Positions 24,464 to 32,318 are shown, numbered from the stretch's first letter. The stretch is DNA of 40,000 nt from Pseudomonas sp. NFIX28 (GCF_900107395.1 NZ_FNPW01000001.1:150074-190073), one strand, 5' to 3'. Made by a program: numbers and translations. Notes: a model not told the origin generated them from the letters alone.

Positions 24464-24928
24464 TTACCGAGACATAGACTTTTTGCAAATGCTAATTATT
24501 GCAAGGCTAATAAAAAGCACTTGAGCCATGCTGTTCATTGATAACACAAGTGCGCACCGCATGAATAAGTGTGCTGATGTTGCGGAGAGAGACATAATCG
24601 AGAAAATAAACGTGGCAGCCAGAGTGGCAATGCAATAGAAGTACATGGCGAAAAATACATCTAAATATTTGTTTTTCTTATAGTTCTGAAATGCCCTGGA
24701 TTGAGAGAAATTGAGTAAAATGGCGATGACCGCAGCAAGGAAGCCGAGCATGGTAAATGCATAAGATGCAATTATTGCAGCCAGTTCCTTTCTGTTTGAA
24801 TACAAACTAAATGATAAGTCAATATTGTAGGCTGTAAGTGCTTTGTAGCTCGCAAGCAAGATCGGACCAGGAGCTGACATTATTGAAATGTAAAAAACGA
24901 CTAAAATCAGCCTTGTCAGTTTGTCCAT
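24464..24928 (-). CDS. RexB-like four-helix membrane protein
   Basis: 154 aa from the ATG at 24928 (GAGG upstream), with four predicted TM helices. It has the same size, topology and position relative to cI as lambda RexB. The block ASYAFTMLGFLAAVIAILL corresponds to the lambda block SSYAGTMIAILIAALTFLI (from memory). Confidence 0.65.
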   Translation of the reverse strand: MDKLTRLILVVFYISIMSAPGPILLASYKALTAYNIDLSFSLYSNRKELAAIIASYAFTMLGFLAAVIAILLNFSQSRAFQNYKKNKYLDVFFAMYFYCIATLAATFIFSIMSLSATSAHLFMRCALVLSMNSMAQVLFISLAIISICKKSMSR

Positions 24929-25778
24929 CTTCAATAAACGCCTCTAACTGTTCCTTTAGTTTTGCATTCTCTCTGATTTTCGTTTCCATGATTTCAGAAA
25001 TAACGCTTTCTTCGTAGTTGCCGAGATCGTCCGAGATGACCCCGCGTCCTACCACATAAAGGTCGAGCATAGCAGACTTCGCATCATTTTTCGCTTTCAT
25101 TACCAGCTTTTCGACACCCTGGTCAGACGTCGCGCTCACCAGTCTCTGAACCACAGGCTTTATGCTTCGCCCCTTGATGGGTTTCAATGTTATCTCAAGT
25201 GAGTCTAGATCATCTATATCTCCTCCAGCGCTTATAACATTGAGGATGTTTTGAGCCAGAGAGTTTTCTTTTTTAACTTCAATTGTGGTTTTTCCAATGA
25301 AGTTCATTTTAACCGCTTCATCTCGTGTTGCTTGATGTATAAGCGGATGTATGCAGAATGACCAGCTCCCATTGTTTGTATAGGTTAGTAGCGTGTTAAT
25401 CATTTCGCAAAATGTGTCAAACTTTGGAGAAAGAGAGGATGACGCGAAGCCGAAGAAGTTGTTCTTTATGATAAGGTAGGAGGCAAATCCGACCTTTTCA
25501 TCTTGCCCAAGGAATTGCTTGAACTCTCCAATTGACATGCTTGAAGTATCAATTTTCTTAAATGTTTCCGCGTCCCGCGTCATTGCCAGTACGCAAACGT
25601 TTCCAGCTAACCTCTGCAAGTATATGTTTTCAGAGTTGTGCTTAAAGCTACCCTTTAGGGTGGGGTCTTGGCATTCCGCAAAAGAAAGTATAAATCTTGA
25701 CAAGTCAAATAGATGTTTTCCGTAGTGTAGCTTGTGGCTTAGATAATATCCGTAATAACTAATTCTCATCGAATCCAT
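24819..25778 (-). CDS. RexA-like protein
   Basis: 319-aa soluble ORF downstream of cI. Colinear blocks DEKVGFASYLII..FFGFA, MNFIGKTTIEV and LDSLEITLKPIK correspond to lambda RexA DESLGFPSFLFV..TIGFA, MHFIGRTTVKV and FDSLDIVIKPKF (from memory, not searched). Confidence 0.65.
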   Translation of the reverse strand: MDSMRISYYGYYLSHKLHYGKHLFDLSRFILSFAECQDPTLKGSFKHNSENIYLQRLAGNVCVLAMTRDAETFKKIDTSSMSIGEFKQFLGQDEKVGFASYLIIKNNFFGFASSSLSPKFDTFCEMINTLLTYTNNGSWSFCIHPLIHQATRDEAVKMNFIGKTTIEVKKENSLAQNILNVISAGGDIDDLDSLEITLKPIKGRSIKPVVQRLVSATSDQGVEKLVMKAKNDAKSAMLDLYVVGRGVISDDLGNYEESVISEIMETKIRENAKLKEQLEAFIEDGQTDKADFSRFLHFNNVSSWSDLACELQSTYSLQY

Positions 25779-25875
25779 TCCGTAATTTTGTAGGTGCCTG
25801 CCTGGGTTGCGTTATTTAGATAATCTACGAGATCACTATGCAGTCATTCCCCCGCAAATCCTTCCTGCCTCCAAC

Positions 25876-26040
25876 TCATCCGCGCGCTGCATAGAACTGG
25901 TTCAGCGCTATCAGCTCAATAACAGCCACCATCACGCAGAATGCAACAAAGCCTCGAGTGAAGACCCTGCGAGGCTTTTCGTAAGGCTGGATGTTAGCGA
26001 GACCGCCGAGAAGGTCGGATAAAAAGTCGAGCAGCCCCAT
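25876..26040 (-). CDS. hypothetical 54-aa single-helix membrane peptide
   Basis: Own translation: MGLLDFLSDLLGGLANIQPYEKPRRVFTRGFVAFCVMVAVIELIALNQFYAARG. GAGG lies about 13 nt upstream. It sits between cI and the RexA-like gene. Confidence 0.3.
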   Translation of the reverse strand: MGLLDFLSDLLGGLANIQPYEKPRRVFTRGFVAFCVMVAVIELIALNQFYAARG

Positions 26041-26323
26041 CACCCATCAGCCTCGCTGTTAATACGCCCAGCCTTCAGCTGGGGCGTGCACGTTTCAATG
26101 AAGAGCCCTGCGGCTTTCGCCAATCCTAATCCGATCCAGTGCCCGGTTTAGCGCGTCCAGGGCATCGAGAAGGGCTTTAGCCTCAGCCTCTCGTCCGTCA
26201 CCTCAAAGTCGCTCAGCCATTTTGTTGAGGACCTGGATGGATCGCTCAATGTCAGCAGCAGTAGCTGCCTTGGTATCTGTCGGCTGCTTCTTCGTCATTC
26301 AATACTTCCGCGGCGCAGGGTGG

Positions 26324-27112
26324 TCAGCGCGAATACATCGCCCACCAGAACACATGACCCAGGATAGAAATGTGCTGCTCCTGGATTTGCTGGAAGGTGT
26401 AGTCCTCGTCCGGGTGCTCGTCACGGTTAAAGCTGCGCAGGCGAATCCCGATCGGGATGCGGTAGACCTGCTTCACGCGCAATTGGCCGTTGTGGTTGAT
26501 GGCGTACATCTCACCGTCGACGATATCGCTCAGGGAGTTTTTCCCTACGTTCACGCCTACGGTGGCGCCGTCACGCAACACGGGCACCATGCTATTGCCG
26601 CCAACCCTCACACACTTCGCGTTGCTGAACTGAACGCCGTTGTGGCGCAGATCTTTTTTGTTGAAGCGCAGACGCGAGTTGGCGCTTTCCTCAATCGCAA
26701 ACCTGCCAGATCCGGCTGCCAGTTCTACTTCATGGAGGAAGGGGACGTAGACCTCATCATCATCGAGCGGTGTTTCGTCGTCCCAAGTCTCGATACTTCC
26801 TAATTTTACGCTTGGCTGTATGCGGTCCTGCTGCACGCTGGCAACAGTGGATAACAGTCGAGAGCTGACCTCGCTTGCATCAAAGTTGAGCGCCTTTGCG
26901 AGCTTCAGCAGTGCTTCCACATTTAGTGGCACCTTCCCGGTGGCGTATTGGCTGAATGCACTTTGCCCAGACCATCCGCACGCTTCGGCAACGTCAGCCT
27001 GCGTCAGGTTACGCCCGGCAGCTTTTGCAGCTGATTTCCGCTGTTCGTAGATAGCTTTGAGCCTGGCGCTCTCGGCGACTTCTTCGGGGGTGAGGGGGCG
27101 ACGTATTTTCAT
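26324..27112 (-). CDS. cI: CI-type prophage repressor (XRE HTH plus S24/LexA-like autopeptidase)
   Basis: HTH LTQADVAEACGWSGQSAFSQYATGKVPLNVEALLKLAKAL. The C-terminal domain has GGNSMVP (Ser nucleophile) and GQLRVKQ (Lys). Confidence 0.9.
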   Translation of the reverse strand: MKIRRPLTPEEVAESARLKAIYEQRKSAAKAAGRNLTQADVAEACGWSGQSAFSQYATGKVPLNVEALLKLAKALNFDASEVSSRLLSTVASVQQDRIQPSVKLGSIETWDDETPLDDDEVYVPFLHEVELAAGSGRFAIEESANSRLRFNKKDLRHNGVQFSNAKCVRVGGNSMVPVLRDGATVGVNVGKNSLSDIVDGEMYAINHNGQLRVKQVYRIPIGIRLRSFNRDEHPDEDYTFQQIQEQHISILGHVFWWAMYSR

Positions 27113-27126
27113 ACGAATAAGAGTAT

Positions 27127-27198
27127 TAGCAGAGCTGATATCCGAGCAAACAGCGCTGCTAGTATTTTATTGCTGATAAAAAACAGCGCTGCTACTAT
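27127..27198. promoter_or_regulatory. OR-like operator cluster with divergent PR-like and PRM-like promoters
   Basis: Sites TAGCAGAGCTGATA (27127..27140), AAACAGCGCTGCTA (27148..27161) and AAACAGCGCTGCTA (27181..27194). The rightward promoter is TTGCTG (27170..27175), 17 nt, then TACTAT (27193..27198). Confidence 0.65.
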
Positions 27199-27228
27199 CA
27201 ATGGCAGATATCAAGCCGTGGAAACTCC

Positions 27229-27432
27229 ATGAAAAAGATCCCTTTGAGCAAATACCTAGAAGAGCACGGCACTCAAGCCGCGCTTGCCGCTGCTCTCGGC
27301 GTGAACCAGAGCGCGATCTCGCAAATGGTTCGAGCCGGCAGAAGCATCGAAATCACCCTTTATAACGACGGGCGTATTGAGGCGAATGAGATTCGTCCGA
27401 TCCCGGCACGCCCCAAGCGCACAGCAGCCTGA
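27229..27432 (+). CDS. cro: Cro-type HTH regulator
   Basis: 67 aa, divergent from cI. HTH TQAALAAALGVNQSAISQMVRAG. Confidence 0.8.
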   Translation: MKKIPLSKYLEEHGTQAALAAALGVNQSAISQMVRAGRSIEITLYNDGRIEANEIRPIPARPKRTAA

Positions 27433-27513
27433 GGCAGTCATTGCTTACTGCCTGAGCAAATGATCGCCCACGCACTGGCAGGGCGCCACGGAAACAGAAT
27501 TGAGGTTTTACGA

Positions 27514-27936
27514 ATGGAAGATTTTCTCCGGTCCTGCCAGAGCGCTGTGCTGGGCAACGAGGCCAAGGCCCTGGCTGCGAAGATGGGCGTTCCCCATGTC
27601 AGCCTGCTGCAGCGCGCCAACCCAGACAACGACGCTCACCACCTAACAGTCGAGCATCTGTTTGGGATTCTGCTGCACACCGGCGACATGCGGCCGCTGA
27701 CGGCCTTGGCCAACGAGTTTGGCTTTGACCTGGTGGCGCGGACTCCCCCTAAACCCCAGGCCTTGACCAGGTCCCTGATCAATGTAGGCAAGGAAGTGGC
27801 TGATCTGACGATCGCGGTACACGAAGCCCTAGGCGACAACCACGTCAGTGCTTTCGAGAAATCCCTGATCCGCCAAGAGATCGACCATGTCCGACACAGC
27901 CTCGACGTGATGGATGCGTCGGTAAAGGCCGCTTGA
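27514..27936 (+). CDS. phage regulatory CII-family protein
   Basis: ORF 27460..27936 trimmed to the ATG at 27514 (GAGG upstream). FLRSCQSAVLGNEAKALAAKMGVPHVSLLQRANPDNDAHHLTVEHLFGILLHTGD fits my memory of the CII/CP76 family. It is positioned after cro. Confidence 0.65.
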   Translation: MEDFLRSCQSAVLGNEAKALAAKMGVPHVSLLQRANPDNDAHHLTVEHLFGILLHTGDMRPLTALANEFGFDLVARTPPKPQALTRSLINVGKEVADLTIAVHEALGDNHVSAFEKSLIRQEIDHVRHSLDVMDASVKAA

Positions 27937-27937
27937 A

Positions 27938-28906
27938 ATGCAATTCACCATCACGATCAACCAGGTGAAGGCGCTCGAGTGGGGGCTGAATTCTCAGCAG
28001 GCCCTGCTGTTCGCCTTCATCTACGGCTGCCCGAGCTGGACCAAGCCGGTTAAGACCGACGATGGGATCTTCTTCGCGCTGAGCAAGGCCAAGATCGTCG
28101 AGGAGCTGCCGCTTCTCACTGACAAGCCGGACACTGCCTATCGCATGCTGAAGGTCCTGGACGAGGCCGGCTTAATTGAGCTTTCCAGTACTTCGAACAT
28201 CACGCTTTTCCGGCTGACCGAGAAGGCCGTCGAGTGGAACCAGAAGCTTGATGGGTCGGAAAAATATCCGACCCCGCCAGAAAACAAAGGTCGGAAGAAA
28301 ATCCGATCTACCTCGGAAAAATCTCCGAGCAAGATCGGAAGAAAATCCGAGCGAGGGTCGGAAAAAAATCCGACAAATCAGGATACCAATCATCAGGATA
28401 CCAATCAGGGTACCAGTATCAGTTCTACGCCCCAGGCTGCCGCCAAGGTCGCGACGGGGCAAATCGTTGCATTCGCTCCCCAGCAACCACGGTGCGAGAT
28501 TCCGGCCGACATGCCAGGGCCGAAAGACCAGGCCTGCAAGACCTTCAAGACCTGGGCGAACTACGCCATGGCCTACCGCAAGCGCTACAGCACCTGGCCG
28601 GTGTGGAACGGAACGGTCGGTGGCCAGATCGGAAAGCTCATTGATCGCCTCGGCATCGACGTTGCCCACCACGTCGCCGCGTACTACCTGACCATCGACG
28701 ACTCGCGACTGATCAACGGTTGCCACAGCATCGGCGACCTGCTGGCCAAGGCCGAGGGCTACCACACCCAGTGGGCCACCAACCGCCGCATGAACTCGAC
28801 CACTGCCCAGCAAATCGAGCGCAAGCAAGCGAACCTCACCGCGGGCCAGGACGCTGCCAATCGCATCATCCAGCGAGCAGGGGGGCAGCCAAATGAATTC
28901 CTCTGA
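27938..28906 (+). CDS. replication initiator (lambda O analogue) containing the origin iterons
   Basis: Winged-helix-like N-terminus. It lies in the replication-module position and has an internal array of dyad-symmetric iterons, as in lambda O/ori. Confidence 0.65.
   Translation: MQFTITINQVKALEWGLNSQQALLFAFIYGCPSWTKPVKTDDGIFFALSKAKIVEELPLLTDKPDTAYRMLKVLDEAGLIELSSTSNITLFRLTEKAVEWNQKLDGSEKYPTPPENKGRKKIRSTSEKSPSKIGRKSERGSEKNPTNQDTNHQDTNQGTSISSTPQAAAKVATGQIVAFAPQQPRCEIPADMPGPKDQACKTFKTWANYAMAYRKRYSTWPVWNGTVGGQIGKLIDRLGIDVAHHVAAYYLTIDDSRLINGCHSIGDLLAKAEGYHTQWATNRRMNSTTAQQIERKQANLTAGQDAANRIIQRAGGQPNEFL
28253..28373. repeat. five iterons (TCGGA-N5/6-TCCGA dyads): candidate phage replication origin
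   Basis: GGGTCGGAaaaataTCCGACCC 28253..28274; TCGGAagaaaaTCCGA 28291..28306; CTCGGAaaaatcTCCGAG 28312..28329; TCGGAagaaaaTCCGA 28335..28350; GTCGGAaaaaaaTCCGAC 28357..28373. The last four are spaced 22 bp apart. Confidence 0.75.
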
Positions 28907-29693
28907 ACGCATGGCGCCGGAACAGGTAGCGCGGCTGGCATTGGCAATCACTGCGACTGCCGAGGTGCTGGGGCAGTCCCTGACCGCCGATGCAGCCGAG
29001 ATGATGGCGGGTGACCTGGCCGAGTATCCGGCCGAGGTTGTGGCCGGTGCGCTGAAGGCATGTCGCCGGGAGCTGGTCGGCAAGTTGACTCTGGCTGCCA
29101 TCCTGCAGCGCGTCCAGGCCGCCGACGGCCGCCCGGGAAAAGACGAGGCCTGGGCCATCGCCATGAACACTAACGATGAATTTGAAACCGTGGTGCTGAC
29201 TGACGAGATCCAGCTGGCCCTGGCCGCGGCGAAGCCTGTACTGGACGCCGGCGACAAGGTCGGTGCCCGGATGGCTTTCATCAGCGCCTACGAGCGATTC
29301 GTTGGCCAGGCCCGGGAAGACGCCAAGCCGGTTAACTGGCACGTCTCTGTGGGCTTCGACGCCAGCCGCCGCATCCAGGCGGTTACCAAGGCCGTGGAGA
29401 TGAAACGTATCCCGCAGGAGCGCGGGCGGTTGTACCTGGCCGACCTGAGCGTCACGCCAGTTACCGAAGACGGCCGGGCAGTCGTGGCGCTGCTCACGGG
29501 GGAGGTGGCCAGGCCATCGCCAAAGCTGCGCGCAAAGCTCGCTGCGGTGAAGACATCAATGCTGGAGATGCAGTCAGCATCAGCCAAAAGGAAGGACGAA
29601 ATGCGGATTGAAGCGGCCAATGAACTGGCTGATCGCCGGGCGATGCTGGTTCAGCAGGCCAAGGAATTGGAAGCGATGAGGGCGGCGCAATGA
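28893..29693 (+). CDS. hypothetical replication-module protein (lambda P position)
   Basis: 266-aa ORF that overlaps the initiator stop. No motif recognised; the assignment is by position only. Confidence 0.6.
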   Translation: MNSSERMAPEQVARLALAITATAEVLGQSLTADAAEMMAGDLAEYPAEVVAGALKACRRELVGKLTLAAILQRVQAADGRPGKDEAWAIAMNTNDEFETVVLTDEIQLALAAAKPVLDAGDKVGARMAFISAYERFVGQAREDAKPVNWHVSVGFDASRRIQAVTKAVEMKRIPQERGRLYLADLSVTPVTEDGRAVVALLTGEVARPSPKLRAKLAAVKTSMLEMQSASAKRKDEMRIEAANELADRRAMLVQQAKELEAMRAAQ

Positions 29694-30052
29694 ACATCGA
29701 CAAGACAAAACTTAAATCGCTGCTGTGGTCTGTAGTGGCCTCATGGAAGGCTGACGATGGCGACCTGCAGCGTCACACTACGGCGCTGGATGAAATCCTG
29801 GGCGACAAGACGGTGGAGGAGGTGGCGCTGCTGCTGATCGCGGAGAACGACAGGCTGGAGGTCGAGGGTGACAGCTCGAAGACGCTGCTAAGGGACGCAA
29901 TTGCTCGCGAGGATCAGCTCAAGGCCGAGAACGAGACGCTGCGCACCGCGCTTGGCGACTTGCTTTCGCTCTACGAAGCCGACGATGGCTGCCGGAGCCT
30001 TCCTGAATACATCGCGGGTCGTGCCGCCATGGGCAAGGGAGAGCAGCCATGA
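29690..30052 (+). CDS. hypothetical phage protein
   Basis: 120 aa with ATGA overlaps at both ends. Confidence 0.6.
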   Translation: MNIDKTKLKSLLWSVVASWKADDGDLQRHTTALDEILGDKTVEEVALLLIAENDRLEVEGDSSKTLLRDAIAREDQLKAENETLRTALGDLLSLYEADDGCRSLPEYIAGRAAMGKGEQP

Positions 30053-30519
30053 CCGACAAGATCAGCGTCAACTGCCAGGCCAAGCTCTCCGAAGCCATCA
30101 CCTGCCTGACCACCATGTTCCGGGAGAAGAAGTTCGTGGTTGTCTCCCTGCGCCCGGGGAAGGACCGCACGCTGGACCAGAACGCCCTATGGTTCGCGAT
30201 GTACAGGCGCATCGCCGAGATGACCCAGATCGGCGATGCAGGCGACGCGCGCCGGTACTGCAAGCTTCACTTCGGCGTTCAGATCCTACTGAACGAGGAT
30301 GCCGGGTTTCAGGCTGAGTGGTACCGGGTCATGCGCCATCTTCCCTACGAGACGAAGCTCTCAATGATGGGTGGGTGCAAGTTGTTTGGCCCGGATGGTT
30401 TCCCGGTGACCAGCCTGTTCAATCGCGCCCAGGGCATCCAGTACACCGATCGCATGGCTGCGTACTTCACCGGCCATGGCGTGGTGTTCAGTGACCTGCT
30501 GAGCGAGGTGGCGGCATGA
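30049..30519 (+). CDS. ninB: NinB/Orf-family recombination mediator
   Basis: VVSLRPGKDRTLDQNALWFAMYRRIAE matches the NinB R-[ST]-x-x-QN-x-x-W pattern. Confidence 0.7.
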   Translation: MTDKISVNCQAKLSEAITCLTTMFREKKFVVVSLRPGKDRTLDQNALWFAMYRRIAEMTQIGDAGDARRYCKLHFGVQILLNEDAGFQAEWYRVMRHLPYETKLSMMGGCKLFGPDGFPVTSLFNRAQGIQYTDRMAAYFTGHGVVFSDLLSEVAA

Positions 30520-31187
30520 AGCGCACCCCACTACAGCGCAAAACCCCGCTCAAGTCAGGTGGACCGCGCCGTAAGCGCTGTCCTTCATGCCGCGTGATGT
30601 TCGTGCCTGCTCGAACCTCGCAAGCCGTGTGCGGGGAGATCGAATGCGCCATCGCTTACGGGCAGTCCGAGAAGGGCCAGGCGCGCGCCAAGAAAGCCTT
30701 AGCGGATGTAGGTCGCCGCGAGATCAAGGACCGCAAGGAGAAGCTGAAGAGCCGCGGCGATCACGTCCAGGACGCAGAGAAGGCGGTGCGGGATTGCCGG
30801 CGCACTTTCGAGCTGTGGATCGGCAGCGGCTGCATCAGCTGCGGGAAGACGCAAGAGGAAGTGCAGGCTGCCCAGGGCTGGAAGACTGGCGGGGCCTGGG
30901 ACGCCGGCCATTTCCTCGGCAAAGGCGCCCGGCCAGAGCTCCGCCTGGAGCCGAACAACATATGGCTTCAGTGCAAAAGCTGTAATGCCGGCTCCTACAA
31001 GTACGCACGCAAGGGGCTGACTGTATCTCAGGGTTTCAGGGAGGGCCTGATTGCCCGTATTGGCCTTGAGGCGGTCGAGGCGCTCGAGGCCGACCACGAG
31101 CCGCGCAAGTACACCGTGGATGAACTCAAGGCGATCACTACCGAATACCGGGCCAAGACCCGAGAACTGAAGAGGACAGCAGCATGA
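30516..31187 (+). CDS. ninG: NinG/Rap-family recombination endonuclease
   Basis: The N-terminus MKRTPLQRKTPLK...CPSC and the later CISCGK...DAGHF...NIWLQCKSCN are typical of NinG. Confidence 0.75.
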   Translation: MKRTPLQRKTPLKSGGPRRKRCPSCRVMFVPARTSQAVCGEIECAIAYGQSEKGQARAKKALADVGRREIKDRKEKLKSRGDHVQDAEKAVRDCRRTFELWIGSGCISCGKTQEEVQAAQGWKTGGAWDAGHFLGKGARPELRLEPNNIWLQCKSCNAGSYKYARKGLTVSQGFREGLIARIGLEAVEALEADHEPRKYTVDELKAITTEYRAKTRELKRTAA

Positions 31188-31870
31188 AGCTGATCAATGC
31201 AAGACAAGTATGGACTGAGGCCCAGCATGAATCGAACACGTCGATCAGCGCTGTGGCAATTGAACGGGCGGAAGCGGCACCCGTGAAGACGGGCGGGCGC
31301 ATCAGTAAGCGCGAGGCCAAATTCCCGGCGCTTGGTAGCGAGAAGGGCGAGGAGGCGGCGCGCTTTTCCGTGCCTGGGCAGCGGATCAGCATTAGCGAAA
31401 CGCGCCGCACGCCGATTGGTCGGTCCACGGCCCGTGCCGCGCACCTGGCCACCATCGGGAAAGTCCTGCGCGCCATCGACACGCTTCCTTTCCAGGTGCA
31501 GCAGTTTGGGCACTACCTGTACCACCCATGCATGACCGTGGTGCACATGCTCAACGCTGAGAAGCTGATCTGGGCCGACACTGACTTTTCGGCGCTGACC
31601 GACGCCAAGGCCGCGAAGGTCCATTGCCTGGTCACCTGCGCTTTGCAGTCCTACAAGGCCGAGGCGAACGGCGGAAACCCATGGGGGCCTGCGCGGGTGG
31701 CTGAGGGGATGATGAAGCTCTACGGCATCGCCATCGAGCCCAAGGTCTGGGATCGGGACTGGAAGGCGATATGGGACTTCCTTCGTGCGGCCATCAAGGA
31801 AGTGGATGATCAGGCTCAACAGCCTATTTGGCAGGTTATTTACGCGGAAAGAGAAGAAAGTGCAGCGTAA
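31184..31870 (+). CDS. putative late-gene regulator (Q-like by position only)
   Basis: Last gene of the nin region, immediately upstream of a strong promoter plus terminator pair. No sequence motif recognised. Confidence 0.55.
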   Translation: MKLINARQVWTEAQHESNTSISAVAIERAEAAPVKTGGRISKREAKFPALGSEKGEEAARFSVPGQRISISETRRTPIGRSTARAAHLATIGKVLRAIDTLPFQVQQFGHYLYHPCMTVVHMLNAEKLIWADTDFSALTDAKAAKVHCLVTCALQSYKAEANGGNPWGPARVAEGMMKLYGIAIEPKVWDRDWKAIWDFLRAAIKEVDDQAQQPIWQVIYAEREESAA

Positions 31871-31874
31871 TTAG

Positions 31875-31903
31875 TTGACATGTTGGGGTTTTTAAGGTAA
31901 TTT
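31875..31903 (+). promoter_or_regulatory. late promoter candidate (PR'-like)
   Basis: Perfect -35 TTGACA (31875..31880), 17-nt spacer, then TAATTT (31898..31903). Confidence 0.55.
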
Positions 31904-31943
31904 TTCTACATTGCGCAACGTGGCTCCAGCGCAAACTCCTTCG

Positions 31944-31971
31944 AAAGCCCGGCCATTGTGTCGGGCTTTTT
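31944..31971 (+). terminator. rho-independent terminator about 40 nt downstream of the late promoter (tR'-like)
   Basis: AAAGCCCG-gccattgtgt-CGGGCTTT followed by TTT. Confidence 0.75.
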
Positions 31972-32026
31972 GTTGCGTGTTTTCCGAGATGACGGCACAT
32001 TGCTATCCTCATTGAGGAGGTTGGCT

Positions 32027-32299
32027 ATGGTCAGAAGCAAGCGCAAAGCATTCGCTTTACTACAGATGGTAGAGCTCCACGGTGATTTAGGTGGGTTGTC
32101 TTTGCCAGCCATGCGCTCAGAAATTGAGCGGACAGAGTTTGTGTGGTCTGGTGCCGACAATTACCACCTTCAGCTGTTAGTTCAAGGCGGCTATCTTGCC
32201 AAGACAGAAATTACAGCTCACGAGCCGGCAACGGTGCAGCTCACATGGGCAGGGCACGACCTCCTAGATTCACTTCGGGAGGAGTTTGATGCGGATTGA
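32027..32299 (+). CDS. DUF2513-like winged-helix protein
   Basis: ATG preceded by GAGGAGG. YHLQLLVQGGYL...LTWAGHDLLDSLRE resembles the DUF2513 signature from memory. Confidence 0.55.
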   Translation: MVRSKRKAFALLQMVELHGDLGGLSLPAMRSEIERTEFVWSGADNYHLQLLVQGGYLAKTEITAHEPATVQLTWAGHDLLDSLREEFDAD

Positions 32300-32318
32300 C
32301 CCGTGCGCTCCTTTGATG

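Noticed and set aside
25807-26022. 71-aa plus-strand ORF between the RexA-like gene and cI
   Set aside because: It has no SD, and it lies opposite a more plausible minus-strand 54-aa membrane ORF. All flanking genes are on the minus strand.
26203-26205. In-frame TGA as selenocysteine or programmed read-through
   Set aside because: There is no SECIS-like hairpin immediately downstream and no supporting context. A nonsense mutation or a genuine short ORF is simpler.
26222-26803. 193-aa plus-strand ORF
   Set aside because: It overlaps the CI repressor gene in antisense. The CI reading has clear HTH and S24 motifs, while this frame has none.
28253-28373. Possible CRISPR-like array
   Set aside because: The repeats are short dyads with 4-19 nt between them and lie in frame inside a coding sequence. 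There are no uniform spacers and no cas genes nearby. They are interpreted as origin iterons.
28172-29281. 369-aa minus-strand ORF
   Set aside because: It is antisense to the initiator and the following replication gene, has a Arg/Ser/Ala-rich composition, and has no start context. It is a GC-rich shadow ORF.
31028-31819. 263-aa minus-strand ORF
   Set aside because: It is antisense to the NinG and Q-position genes, which are linked by ATGA overlaps. It is a shadow ORF.
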